From the NCBI GenBank assembly GCA_021817605.1, contig JAKAUN010000012.1, positions 7,507-71,506 of the forward strand: DNA of 64,000 nucleotides, written 5' to 3'. The notes under the pieces were generated by a model, which worked only from the letters and a program-made list of their open reading frames with translations, had not been told where the DNA came from and did not search any database. Position 1 is the stretch's first letter, and every line of letters starts with the position of its first letter. Shown here in pieces: positions 8,890-19,298 of the stretch. The translations under genes and the position numbers were made by a program. Source of the stretch: Thermoplasmata archaeon. Its GTDB lineage: Archaea; Thermoplasmatota; Thermoplasmata; Lutacidiplasmatales; UBA184.

Positions 8890-9495
8890 ATGTCCGCGCC
8901 CGACCTGACAGGTCCGGTCTCCATTCTGAATTGGCCGGTCGCCGGTCCCCCTTCCGGACGACGTCGCCGTCCACGCCTGTTCACGCACGTTCACCTCGAA
9001 GTCGACCTGCGTCCGGAGCTGCCGGCTGCCGCCGGAGGGATCGTGCGCCGTGTCGAGAAGCTCTTGGGCGAGCGGGAGGTCGTCGAGGCTCGGGACCTGC
9101 TCAGGCTCTCCGCGCGCGTCCTGCACGCTTTCAGTGCGGTCGGGTTCGTCCGGATCTATCACTGGGAGGCAAAGCCGGGCGGTTGGCTTCCCCTCCCCGG
9201 GGGCTCGGCGGAAGGGCCGGCCGAGCCGCTCGGCCATCTTCTTCGAGCTCTCGACAGCGACGCCTGGGCCACGCTGCGCGGCGCCCGGTCCCTCGCCCTG
9301 CGGCTGGGGGCAGTGGGGAACCTTCGCGCGGACGTCGAGATACGCCGGCGGCATCGGGAGCGACAGCACACGTTGTCGATCGACCTGCGAGGTCGGTTCC
9401 CTGGGACGACGGTCGAGGACCTCTTTGGAGCGCTCCGTTCCCGGACCCAGGTCCGTGCGAGCCGCGTCACCACGTCGGCCTCTGCGGGAACGTGA
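8890..9495 (+). CDS. Hypothetical protein
   Basis: Protein-like composition with GC-rich third codon positions, no recognised motif. Confidence 0.55.
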   Translation: MSAPDLTGPVSILNWPVAGPPSGRRRRPRLFTHVHLEVDLRPELPAAAGGIVRRVEKLLGEREVVEARDLLRLSARVLHAFSAVGFVRIYHWEAKPGGWLPLPGGSAEGPAEPLGHLLRALDSDAWATLRGARSLALRLGAVGNLRADVEIRRRHRERQHTLSIDLRGRFPGTTVEDLFGALRSRTQVRASRVTTSASAGT

Positions 9496-9756
9496 GTCCC
9501 GTCGACCCTCGATCCTCACCGGGGCCTTCAGGAACGCGGATCGTCTGACGACGCTCCCTCCCGTGCCCACTAGGGGCCCCCGAACAAGGGCCGCACTGGC
9601 GCGCCGGCAACCCCTCGTGCCGGTCCGGTGCATGCGCGACGCCCCTCCGGTGGAGGGAGGCATCGGCCGCGGCCCGCGAGGATTCCTCCTCACAACGGAT
9701 GGTGACCTTGCGGTCGGTCCGAGTCCGGCCGCGATATCGGCTCGGCGAGCTCGACC

Positions 9757-10755
9757 CTAATTTACGCGCGAGAGGACGGTCAGCGCTCGGAGCGTGATCA
9801 TCTTGCTCCGTCGACCCGGCTGCTCGAACGTCAGAGGTGCCGGGAGCTTCTCCGGGTGCTCCGCGAACCAGCGGGCGCTCTCCGGGTCCGGGTCGGTCTG
9901 GACCGCGTCGAGCTTCCAGGTCCCGTCACGTCCCCGCTTCGAGCGAAGCAGTTCGAGCGCGTACCCGAGCCGCGGGTCCTTCCCGTACCCCAGCGCGGTC
10001 AGGCAGTCGAGCCCGACCAGCAGGTCGTAGTAGTAATGGGTGGGCCAATGGAAGCGATACCAGGGCTCGTACCGGTCGCCCTGCTGATGGAGCTCGCGCT
10101 CGAGGTAGTACTCCGCGGTCCGTTCGACCACGTTCGTCATCCCGCGCGTCCACTTCTCCCGTGGGTACCGGGCGAAGGCCCCTAACCCCTCCCACGCGTC
10201 GAGCGTCCGGCTTGTCGCCGGGCCCTCGGTCGAGAACCTGCAACTCCAGCCCCCCTTCGGGTGCGCGGTCCTGACCAGCCAGTCCATCGTCTGCTGGACG
10301 CGGCGGTCCTCGGCGTAGCCCAAGCGGATCAGCGCGCGGGCCATGTTGGCCGTGAAGCAGTGGTGGCCCTTTCCTTTCCCGAGACCGCCCACCCCACCGC
10401 CGGCGAGGGGGGACTTGGCCATCCAATACTCGCACGACTCCCGTACCTCGGGGATCTCCCGTCCGGCGCCGAGGTCAGCGAGGGCCAGCATGTTCCAGTG
10501 GGTCCCAAGGAAGCGGGGCTCCATCCTGCCCCCGTCCCGGACCCACCAGCCCGCGGAATTGCGATGGGAGAGGATCTCACGGACCCACGGGTCCTTTGGG
10601 ATCTTCGCGCGAGCGGCACGGACTTCGGCGTCCGAGGACGGTCGACCCATGAGCTCGGTCAGGGTGAGATACCGAATCGACGGCTGGCTCGGTTCGAGTA
10701 GCCAAGTAAGAACGGTATCGCTCGGCACGAGGCCGTCGAAGGGACGGTTCCTCAT
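9757..10755 (-). CDS. Prenyltransferase/squalene-cyclase-like alpha/alpha-barrel protein, paralog 1
   Basis: QW-like repeats (HRNSAGWW, HPKGGWSC, GRDGTW), CFTANMARALIRLGY, FHWPTHYYYDLLVGLDCLTALGYGKDPRL, SKMITLRAL. Confidence 0.8.
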   Translation of the reverse strand: MRNRPFDGLVPSDTVLTWLLEPSQPSIRYLTLTELMGRPSSDAEVRAARAKIPKDPWVREILSHRNSAGWWVRDGGRMEPRFLGTHWNMLALADLGAGREIPEVRESCEYWMAKSPLAGGGVGGLGKGKGHHCFTANMARALIRLGYAEDRRVQQTMDWLVRTAHPKGGWSCRFSTEGPATSRTLDAWEGLGAFARYPREKWTRGMTNVVERTAEYYLERELHQQGDRYEPWYRFHWPTHYYYDLLVGLDCLTALGYGKDPRLGYALELLRSKRGRDGTWKLDAVQTDPDPESARWFAEHPEKLPAPLTFEQPGRRSKMITLRALTVLSRVN

Positions 10756-11205
10756 TAGACACCGGGGTCCGACGCCTTTGTCGCAGCCGCGAGTCGAGCG
10801 GGACCATCGGTCTCACGCGGTCGCCGCACAGAAGGCCGACCTAATCCGTAGCGGGGAGGGACTCCCCGCGCTACCCGTCCAGGAACCGACCGACCCACTT
10901 CCGTTTTCGGTCCTGTTCTCGCCGAGACGGGCCTCGCCCAGGGGAAACGACGACCCGTGCTTGGGCTTTGGAACCTTCGAAGAGCGCGGGCCAGGCACCC
11001 GCGGCAGCCACTGCCTTCCAACGAAAGCAAATCCCCTTAGGTCCCGAGGGGCCACCCGAGGCCGCGTCGCCAGGCTTCCCCGCGACCGTTGAAGGCCGTC
11101 GGCCGCTGTCGCGGGGGGTCGCGGCGCTCCCCCATGGATCGCCGCGCCGGTCGAGCGGCGAGAGCTGCAAGCCGTTTTGGCTTCCCCCTCCGTGGCCAGA
11201 AGCCC

Positions 11206-12171
11206 ATGCGCGTCGCTCCCCGGATTCAAAGATGGCTTACTGGGACAGAAGCCGACCCGAGCGTCCAACTTCGGTTCTGGACGGAGGTCGAGGGGAGGTC
11301 CGACCGAGACCCGGAGGTCCGCAAGGCGGCTCGGTCGGTGGGCCGCACCGGCTGGGCGGCGTCGCTACTCGAGCACCAGATGCCCGACGGGCACTGGTTC
11401 ACCCGGGGCGTATCGCCTCGGGAGCTCTACAGCCCCAAGTATCTGGTGACCAACTGGCGTGCCATCGTGCTCGCCGACCTCGGGATGACCCGGGCGGATG
11501 GCCGGGTCCGCCGGACCGCGGAGCTGATCCTCGAGCGTTGGGGGAGGAGGAGCAACGAGCTGAGCGGCCCCGACGCCGAGATCTGCTTCACGGGCAACGC
11601 GGTCCGGACCCTGATCCGGTTCGGTTACCTCGAGGATCCCGTCGTCCAGCGGGCCATTGCATGGATCGTCCGGACCCAGAAGGAGGACGGAGGCTGGCAC
11701 TGCTTCAGGTCGCGGACCGGCACCCTAGACTGCTGGGAGGGGTTGGCCGCGCTGGCCGAGATCCCGGAACCACAACGGGAGGGGTCGGTCCGGCGATCGA
11801 TCGAACAGGGAGCCGAGTTCTACCTTCGTAGACGCCTCATGAAGGAGGGACGGACACGCTACCCGCCGTGGTTTCGGATCCACTACCCGAACCACTACTA
11901 CTACGATCTCCTGGTGGGCCTGCGGATCCTGACCCGGCTCGGGTACGGGTCGGATCCCCGCATGGCGCCGGCGCTCAGCTGGTTGCGCCTCAAGCGCTCC
12001 CGGGGCGGGACCTGGGCTCTGGACGCGGTCCACCCGGACATGGTCCTTCCACGGGGGGAACGCTGGTGGACGACCGCCATCTTCCCCATGGTGCTCGAGC
12101 AGGCCGGCGCTCCCAGCCGATGGGCGACCGTGGAGGCGCTCAGCGTGCTCGCGAGGGTCGCTCGGTCCTGA
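11206..12171 (+). CDS. Prenyltransferase/squalene-cyclase-like alpha/alpha-barrel protein, paralog 2
   Basis: QMPDGHW, CFTGNAVRTLIRFGY, QKEDGGWHC, HYPNHYYYDLLVGLRILTRLGYGSDPRM, SRWATVEAL. Confidence 0.8.
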   Translation: MRVAPRIQRWLTGTEADPSVQLRFWTEVEGRSDRDPEVRKAARSVGRTGWAASLLEHQMPDGHWFTRGVSPRELYSPKYLVTNWRAIVLADLGMTRADGRVRRTAELILERWGRRSNELSGPDAEICFTGNAVRTLIRFGYLEDPVVQRAIAWIVRTQKEDGGWHCFRSRTGTLDCWEGLAALAEIPEPQREGSVRRSIEQGAEFYLRRRLMKEGRTRYPPWFRIHYPNHYYYDLLVGLRILTRLGYGSDPRMAPALSWLRLKRSRGGTWALDAVHPDMVLPRGERWWTTAIFPMVLEQAGAPSRWATVEALSVLARVARS

Positions 12172-12531
12172 TGCGCGGTCCTCGTCCCAAGGGATTCGAC
12201 TAGGACCGAGCGCACCCGACGGTCCGCGGGCCGAGCGGCCGAGATCCCGGCGAGGCGGTATACCCGGGCGACCTCGCGCGCCGAGGTGTCCGCGGAAGGG
12301 CCGTCCTCCGCGGTACGGGACGGACCGCCCGCGGAGTGCGAAGGGGCCTCCGGACCGCGAGGCGGATCGGGGGAGCGACGTCACCTGGCAGCCTGGGATC
12401 CCGGGGAGACCCCGAGGGGATACCCGGCCCGGGAACGTCAGAGCGCTATGCCACCGCTACCCGGAAGGGACACGACACCGCAGGAACGGGAGCGGAGGGA
12501 CCTCCGACCCGGCCGGGTGGGCGGACGCAGG

Positions 12532-13950
12532 CTATCGACGTCTCCGACGAACGACCGGCTCCAGGCTGAACCCGGCGACAAAGGCGACCGCAACCGCCAC
12601 GAAGAGCCCGAGCCAGGCCCAGAGCGGGAGGCCCAAGGGTCCCGTCGAGTACCACCCGCTCCTCGGGGGGCCGCTCGCCGCCGGCGTCGAGGTAGCGTTC
12701 GCCCATACGAACTGGTTCCGGTGCATGTCGTAGTCGCCGACCAGGCTCCCGTTGAGGCTGAGGTAGGTCGAAGTAGTGTTCGGGTCCGTAAACTCGTAAT
12801 TACCGTTCGTCCCCGAACCCCCCTGCCTCCCCAGGAGGTTCGGAACGGTAAGGGTGGCGTTGTTGAACGGATCCCAGAGGACGGTCTTTCCGTAGAGGCC
12901 CAAGTAGGTCGCCCAAATGTGTTGTGACGTGTACGAGTAGCGCTGGATGTAGGCCCAGTACGGCGAGGCGAACGAATAGGAGCCGCGGGCATGGAGGGTC
13001 CCTCCCGAGACGTTGAGGATCTCGTAGTAGGTCGGCCCGGTGCCGACGTTTCCCTCGAGGTCGATCGCGACTCGGCCGTCGCGAGCATCGTAAACGGCTC
13101 CCTGGGCGGCTCCGAACGTAGTGAACTCGGAGTTGTTCAACCAGACACGTCCTGCCATGTCCAGCGTCTCGCCGTGGAGGACGTACTGCGACGTCATGGT
13201 ACCCTGGGCGTCGATAAAGGAGTGGAGTTGCCAGACCCAGTAGATGTTGTCCGGGGCGAAACCGATTGGCGTGCTTTGCTCCAAGGAAGTGTCGTTCCAG
13301 AGATTCACCACGTAGGCAGGGCGGAGTTCGGCAACCCCCGTGCCGTTGACCGTCATGTTGAAGATCGCCACGTTCCCCCCTCCGACGTAATCCGCCTGGA
13401 CGAAGTTGCCCATTTCCACCGGCGTCGTCATCTGCCGGACACTTCCGTTCGAGAGCCAGACCGCCTCGACCGTCAGCCGTCCCGGCGCCGTGGTGAGGTT
13501 GCCGTAGAGGAGCGCGACATCGCCCGGCGTGTCGAGCTGGAACTCGTTGTCGACCTGTGCCTCGAGCGTGTAGGGCCCGGCGGACTTCTGGTACAGGAGG
13601 GTCAAAGGCGCTGAGATCGCCCCCTCCGCCCCTGTCCACGGGTCGTAGTAGTGCATCCTCGACGAGTTGTCGATGTAGACGATCGAGCCGGCGTAGCGGC
13701 CGGCGTAGTCATAGACGGGGTATTCGCATGTACGATAGGTGTAGACGTACGCCGACAGGCATGCAAAGTCCGGGAGCGAGTCGAGCGACAGCTCGTAGTT
13801 CCTGCCGTAGCCGACGGTCACGATTCCACCCGCCGACGTAGGATGTGGGGTGAGCGAAAGGGCCCCCGGAAGCAGGACGGAAAAGGCCAGGGCGAGTGCG
13901 AAGCCCGCGCGCACCTCTCTGAAGGGGCCCCCCGTAGGTACACGTCCCAT
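12532..13950 (-). CDS. Secreted, membrane-anchored hypothetical surface protein
   Basis: N-terminal signal-like hydrophobic stretch, Tyr/Asn/Gly-rich beta-type body with many N-x-S/T sequons, C-terminal TM helix followed by RRRRR. Confidence 0.75.
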   Translation of the reverse strand: MGRVPTGGPFREVRAGFALALAFSVLLPGALSLTPHPTSAGGIVTVGYGRNYELSLDSLPDFACLSAYVYTYRTCEYPVYDYAGRYAGSIVYIDNSSRMHYYDPWTGAEGAISAPLTLLYQKSAGPYTLEAQVDNEFQLDTPGDVALLYGNLTTAPGRLTVEAVWLSNGSVRQMTTPVEMGNFVQADYVGGGNVAIFNMTVNGTGVAELRPAYVVNLWNDTSLEQSTPIGFAPDNIYWVWQLHSFIDAQGTMTSQYVLHGETLDMAGRVWLNNSEFTTFGAAQGAVYDARDGRVAIDLEGNVGTGPTYYEILNVSGGTLHARGSYSFASPYWAYIQRYSYTSQHIWATYLGLYGKTVLWDPFNNATLTVPNLLGRQGGSGTNGNYEFTDPNTTSTYLSLNGSLVGDYDMHRNQFVWANATSTPAASGPPRSGWYSTGPLGLPLWAWLGLFVAVAVAFVAGFSLEPVVRRRRR

Positions 13951-14147
13951 GCTTCGAATGCGGAGCCGATGCACCTTTTGCTAAAAACCCGCTCGGTTGG
14001 GTCCCTCGGGCATTGCGTGGGCGAAACCCGGTGGGAGCGAGCCGAGCTCGTTTCCCCTTGGGATTCCCGGTTCCGTTCTCCCAGGCCGGGCCCGCGGACG
14101 AGTACCCCGCACGCGGATGCACGGGACGTTCGCCGGACGGGGGCGAA

Positions 14148-15554
14148 TCACTCACGCCGCTCGTCCTCCCCGCGAGGAAGAGGGTGCCGGGGACGCGACG
14201 CGTCGTCGGTGAGCTCCGGTTCGCGCGGAGGGGCAAGAGGCGAGCCGCTGGACGTCGGGAAGAGGAACGGCGGGCTTTCCACGCTCAGCGCGGCGACCTC
14301 GGGTGCCGCCGCCACCCACGGCTCGGCGCCCTCGGGTTCCGCAGGCTCGCGACGCACCGGACGGACGGAGAGCCAAGCGGTCATCGCAACATTCGTTCCG
14401 AAGATGAGGAGGATCGCCGGAAAGAAGACGGCAGAGACACTGGGAATGAGTTCGGAGGCCACGACCAGCAGCACCGCGGAGGTGAGGCCCCGGCCGTAGA
14501 GTGCCGTGACGGGGCTCCGCCACGCAGGCGGAGTCCGCCCCGAGGAAGCGCTGACCGAGAAGAGGAGCCAACGAAGGAGCAGGAGTCCTCCGACGAGCAC
14601 GCCCACCCCGAGGGCGACCCGCAGCCCGGGATTCACGAGGACCGCGAACATTCCGATCAGGAACAGGAAGAAGGCGCGCAGCACGAAGGCGATCTCGGTC
14701 TGGACCCTCCTTAGATCGTTCGAGAACCGGAACGGGTGGGTCCGGCGCAGGAACCTTCGCACGAGGGGCTCGTTCCCGAGGACGACACCGAGGACCAGCG
14801 CCGCGAGGATCCCGGAGCCATCGAGCGCCTCTGCCGCCGCGTAGACGACAAACAGAAATCCGAGCGTGGCGAGGGCGGCGAACGGCCTGTCCTGCCACCC
14901 GTAGAGGAAGAAGAGCCACGCCAGCCCCGCGGCGAGGCCGACCGCGATCCCGACCGGCAAGGGCAGGACGAGCGAGGCCGTTACCGTCAGCGCGAGAGGG
15001 CCGGGCGAGGGTACCCGGAGGGCGACGATCGTGGTCACCGTGACCACCGCCAGCGCGTCCTCGAAGGCGCCGTCCAGCTGGAGGAAACTACGGAGCCCGA
15101 TCCCGGCCTCGAACCGGCGGGCCAGAGGAATCACCACGGCACCCGAGGTGCAGCCGAGCGCCGTCGCGAACAGCAGGCTCAGCAAGGCATGCCCGGGGAA
15201 CAGCACCCAGTAGCCGACGACGAACAGCAGCGCAGAGCTGGCGAAGTAGGTAGCCAACGCGAACAGGAGCGCGGAGCCCAGGTACGGCCGGATCTCGGAG
15301 AGGCGCAGGTCGATGCCCGCGTCGAACAGGATCAGCACGAGGGTCGCGGCGCCCAGCACCGGGGCGATGACGAGGAGGGAGCCGGGTGCGAGTAGGCCCA
15401 GCAGGGGGCCGGCGATGAAACCGAGTGCGAGGAGCCAGAGCACGTCGGGGACGCGGAATCGCGTCGCCAACCAATCCGCCCCGAAGCCCACGAGGAGCGT
15501 GAGACCGAGCAGCAGGACGAGGAGCGTGGATCCCGTCACCGACAAAAGGGGCAC
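14148..15554 (-). CDS. Cation:proton antiporter (CPA1/NhaP-like)
   Basis: Highly hydrophobic multi-TM protein with RVPDVLWLL, LILFDAG, TSGAVVIP, DGAFEDAL and GRGL. Confidence 0.88.
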   Translation of the reverse strand: MPLLSVTGSTLLVLLLGLTLLVGFGADWLATRFRVPDVLWLLALGFIAGPLLGLLAPGSLLVIAPVLGAATLVLILFDAGIDLRLSEIRPYLGSALLFALATYFASSALLFVVGYWVLFPGHALLSLLFATALGCTSGAVVIPLARRFEAGIGLRSFLQLDGAFEDALAVVTVTTIVALRVPSPGPLALTVTASLVLPLPVGIAVGLAAGLAWLFFLYGWQDRPFAALATLGFLFVVYAAAEALDGSGILAALVLGVVLGNEPLVRRFLRRTHPFRFSNDLRRVQTEIAFVLRAFFLFLIGMFAVLVNPGLRVALGVGVLVGGLLLLRWLLFSVSASSGRTPPAWRSPVTALYGRGLTSAVLLVVASELIPSVSAVFFPAILLIFGTNVAMTAWLSVRPVRREPAEPEGAEPWVAAAPEVAALSVESPPFLFPTSSGSPLAPPREPELTDDASRPRHPLPRGEDERRE

Positions 15555-16094
15555 GTCACGTCACCCCGGGCCCGGGAGCAGGAGCCTCGACGCGCACGCA
15601 GGGGCCGGGGGGCACGACCGGCGAATCGCCTGTCGAGGAGCTAATGGTATCGGTCTTGGAACCGGAGCGATGCGGACCCTTCGGCTTGAGCGGCTCTAGA
15701 CGACCCGGAGAATCCCGTTCGGTCGGACCCTCCCGCGTCCTCGCAGGCCGTCCGAGGGGAGGCGGCACGCGGAAGAGACGCTCGCTCTCCTCTCGGCAGG
15801 GCCCGGACATTCGAGGGGGCGCACTTCCACTCCGGAACGAGCAGGGAGCCCAGCGCCGGCCGCAACACGGCCTGCCCACCCTCCGCCCGGGCCCCTTTCG
15901 CGAAGTCCTGGGAAGGGTCCACTTATCCCGTCCGTCCCGGGTCGCCGGACGGAGGGTCGTCCCTGGGACCGCAGGGACGGGACCGATCTCTGCCGCGGAG
16001 GGCTCGCGTCGCTCTCGTCCTGCCGGCGGTAGGGGACAGGGTGGAACAGGGCACCGTCCGCGGGCACACGGTTCCAGGGTCGGAGACACTCCGG

Positions 16095-16450
16095 TCAGCG
16101 GACCGTCACGGTCAAGCGCGGCCCTCTCGCCGCGGGGCCACGCGCCCCCGTGGGGCGCTGCTCCTTGACGGGAGGCAGCCGATACCTCTGCAGAAGCTCC
16201 GCGGAACGAGGCTCGTCGCGGATCGCGCGGAATTCCGGACTCGGGTTGGAGTACCAGAAAGTGCGGTCGCCCTCGCCGAAGTCACGCTCCCGGGGGTCGA
16301 GCGACTTCACCTTCTCGCCGAACGCAGCGTACAACTGGGCGGCGAAGCCTTGAGAACCAACTCGTACGCCGCTTCGCTCTCGGTCGGTTGCTTCCCACTC
16401 GAGGGCATCTCCGTCGCCTCGACGAGCCACAGGCAGCGGAGGACGGGAGG
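16095..16450 (-). pseudogene. Remnant of the C-terminus of a TPR-containing (adenylate cyclase/TolB-TPR type) protein
   Basis: AQLYAAFGEKVKSL...DFGEGDRTFWYSNPSPEFRAIRDEPRSAELLQRYRLP resembles the terminal 'PxFDxIRxDPRFxxLL' motif. No intact upstream domain. Boundaries approximate. Confidence 0.5.
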
Positions 16451-16646
16451 GTTCCGTGAGGCCGAGTTCGCCCCCCCTACCGCACCGGTAAGGTCCGCTC
16501 CGCCGACCTTCCCCGAGGCGCCTGCATCGCCGGAAAACCGCGCTCGGGGGACGGTCCATCAAGGAAGGTCCTTACCGGTCAGGGGGAAAACAGGCTCGGT
16601 TGGCGAATGTATGTCTACGGGAACTCCTCCCACGCGGCCATACCCC

Positions 16647-18490
16647 ATGCCGAATGCACGCACCGGAGCGAGCGTAGCCCTATCGACGATTGCCGTCGCG
16701 ACCCTGATCAGGCTGGTGGCTCTTGCCGTGAGCCTTCCCTCAGCGCCTGCCAACTCTTCCGGCATGTCGGCGGGGACGCAACTGCCGGCTCCCCCGGCGA
16801 CCCCTCAGCTTCCTCGGGCCCCCTCGCTCCCGACAGCCGTGCCCCTGGCTTCCTCGGGCCCCGCCGTCCTGCAGAACCCCTCCGTTTCTGCGGCGGTCAA
16901 CGCCACCTTCTACAACGTGACCCTTGTGGAGAACGGCCTGCCTGTCGGTAGCACCTGGTCCGTGAACGTCACGGAATTCAGTACCTCGGCCGTTGTCAGC
17001 GTGCCGGTCACCGGCCCCACCCAGTCGATCTCGCTGAGAGCCCTAGATTACGGCACGGTGAGCTACACTCCGTTGGCCTACGGGCCCTGCTCCCCGGCGC
17101 CTCCCGCAGGGAGCATCCTCGTCTCTGGCGCGAACGTTACCGCCCCGGTCATGCAGTACACTTCCCTCTGCCCCTACCAGGTCACTCTCGAGGCGTCCGG
17201 GCCGGTCCCGGGGGTTACGTGGTCCGCCAGCTCGAACACCACGCGCGTCTACGTCGACGTCCTGGTCGGCATCTTCGTGGGAGCTGTCAGTTCCCTTACC
17301 TTCTTCACGGTCAACGGGACGTTCAACTACTCGTTCGCGACAGCGAACCCCAGTTACACCAGCCCGCCCTCCGGGAGCGTCACCGTCGCCGGAGCGAACG
17401 TGATCGTCCCGATCACCTTCCTCTCGCACTGCCCTTACACGGTGACCTTTGACGCCTCGGCCTGCCTACGGGCAGCGCCTGGTCGGTCACCTCGACTACG
17501 CGGGTCGTCCTCCAGCCCATGCTCAACAACACCGCCTTCGGCCCGGCGGGGTCGGCCGCCTTCGCCACCGTCAACGGGACGTTCAACTACTCGGTCCTCC
17601 CGCCGTCCCCGTGGTGGGCGGTGAGCCCCGCTTCGGGCAGCGTGGTGGTCGCCGGGACCAGCCTGACGATCTCCCTGACCTTCGTCAAGCTGCCCGTCGT
17701 CGGCCTCACGCTGAAGGAGGTCGGCCTTCCTTCCGGCTCGTCCTGGACGATCGTCTCGGACCAGCTCAACGAGACGGTCCACAATACCGGCTCGGGCATG
17801 GTCATCTCGGCCCCGAACCCGGTCCGCCTCAACTTCACCACCCATCCCCCGTCCGGCTTCGGCCTCTACTCGATCATCGGTTCGGGCGCGCCGGCCAACG
17901 GAGGCGGCGGCGTGGTGCTCGACAGCATCACCGGTAGCGCCTCCCTCGAGTTGGTCTTCGGCCCCCTCGAGAACGTGACCTTCCACGAGTCGGGGCTCTC
18001 GAGCGGGAGCTACTGGTGGGTCAAACTTACCGGCTACTCTCGCGTCACCTCGGCCACGCCCCCTCAGGTACACGCCGTGAGCTTCGGCGCGAACCTATCG
18101 GTCCTCTTGGTCAAGGGACGCTACACCTACCAGGTCGGTGTGGGGGCCCCCCAATTCTACCGCGCGGCGCATGGGGGCAAGGGGCACCTCGGAGTTCCGG
18201 CACACGCCCTCTCCAAGAACCTCCGGTTCAAGCTCCTCACCTCCAAGGTGGTGTTCAAGGAACTCGGGCTACCGTCGACCGGCGTCTGGACCCTCAAGCT
18301 CACCGGCCCCGAGGACCTTACCTACGACCACACCGGTGCTTCGCTGCCGTTGCGCCTTATCTACGGGATCTACACCTTCAACGTCACGAGCTCGGTGCCC
18401 GGCTACTACCCGTCACTCCCCTCCAGCGGAACGATCTTGGTGACCCCGCCCACCCCGGCGGCGGTTGTTTTCGTCTTCAACAAAACGTAG
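16647..18490 (+). pseudogene. Secreted surface protein with thermopsin-associated beta-sandwich repeats, split by a 1-nt frameshift near 17460
   Basis: Signal peptide, then repeats (LVENGLPVGSTW, LKEVGLPSGSSW, FHESGLSSGSYW, FKELGLPSTGVW). Adding one G at GG 17459-17460 restores TVTFDASGLPTGSAW and joins the two ORFs. Confidence 0.78.
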
Positions 18491-18655
18491 CCTAGCCGGT
18501 GAGGACCGGCCGAACGCTCGGGGCCGCGGCCCGGGTGCTGGCCGGTCCCGTGGCTCCCGTCCCGCCCGTGCGTCCCGCCAGCTCCCTGCGAGCCTCGGCG
18601 CTGCCACGGGGATCCGCAAGCCACCTTAGGTAGGCAGCGCAGGTACGGTTGGCTC

Positions 18656-19180
18656 GTGAACGAGGAAGCGGCAGCGCCGCGGACGACGCTCGCGGGAGCT
18701 GTCCACCGCCTCGGAGCCAAGCCGAGGGCGCCCGGCGAGCGGGGCCTGCCCAAGCCCGAGATCCTGGAGGCGCGGCTGGGTCCGGGAGGCGTGGACAGGG
18801 ACTTCAACGTCTACCGCCAGGACACCAAGCACGGAGACCCTGCGATGGCCGTCCTTCTGCTCCCGCTGGAGACCGTCGACGAACTGAACCGCGAGGGGTG
18901 GCCGGTGCGTCCCGGGGATCTGGGAGAGAACGTGACCACCGAGGGCATCGCCTACGCCGAGCTGGCCGCCCCACGGACCCTCCGTGTAGGGGCTGCCCTG
19001 CTTCGGACGACGAAGAAGTGCGACCCGTGCACCAACCTCTACGAGCTCCCTTACGTAGGCAAGTCCCACGGACCTAAGTTCCTGCGGGCGACCCTCGGAC
19101 GCCGGGGCTGGTATGCGAGCGTGCTTGAGCCCGGGGTCGTTCGCAAGGGCGATCGCATCGAGCTCCTTTCCACCGCGTAG
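18656..19180 (+). CDS. MOSC-domain protein
   Basis: PGDLGENVTTEG, CDPCTNL, GRRGWYASVLEPGVVRKGD. Confidence 0.9.
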   Translation: MNEEAAAPRTTLAGAVHRLGAKPRAPGERGLPKPEILEARLGPGGVDRDFNVYRQDTKHGDPAMAVLLLPLETVDELNREGWPVRPGDLGENVTTEGIAYAELAAPRTLRVGAALLRTTKKCDPCTNLYELPYVGKSHGPKFLRATLGRRGWYASVLEPGVVRKGDRIELLSTA

Positions 19181-19298
19181 GCTCCGACGCCGTCGCTGCT
19201 CGGGAGACCTCCGCGCCTGCACGAAGGCCTACGCCGCGGACGATGGCCCTAGGCCGGCCCCCCGGGTTGTGGGGAGTCTCAGGAACCGCCCGCCGGGA

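Noticed and set aside
15630-15860. Possible tRNA- or SRP-like RNA (CGAGGA...TCCTCG pairing, CCGGAACGAGCAG)
   Set aside because: No cloverleaf, T-loop or complete SRP helix-8 motif could be built.
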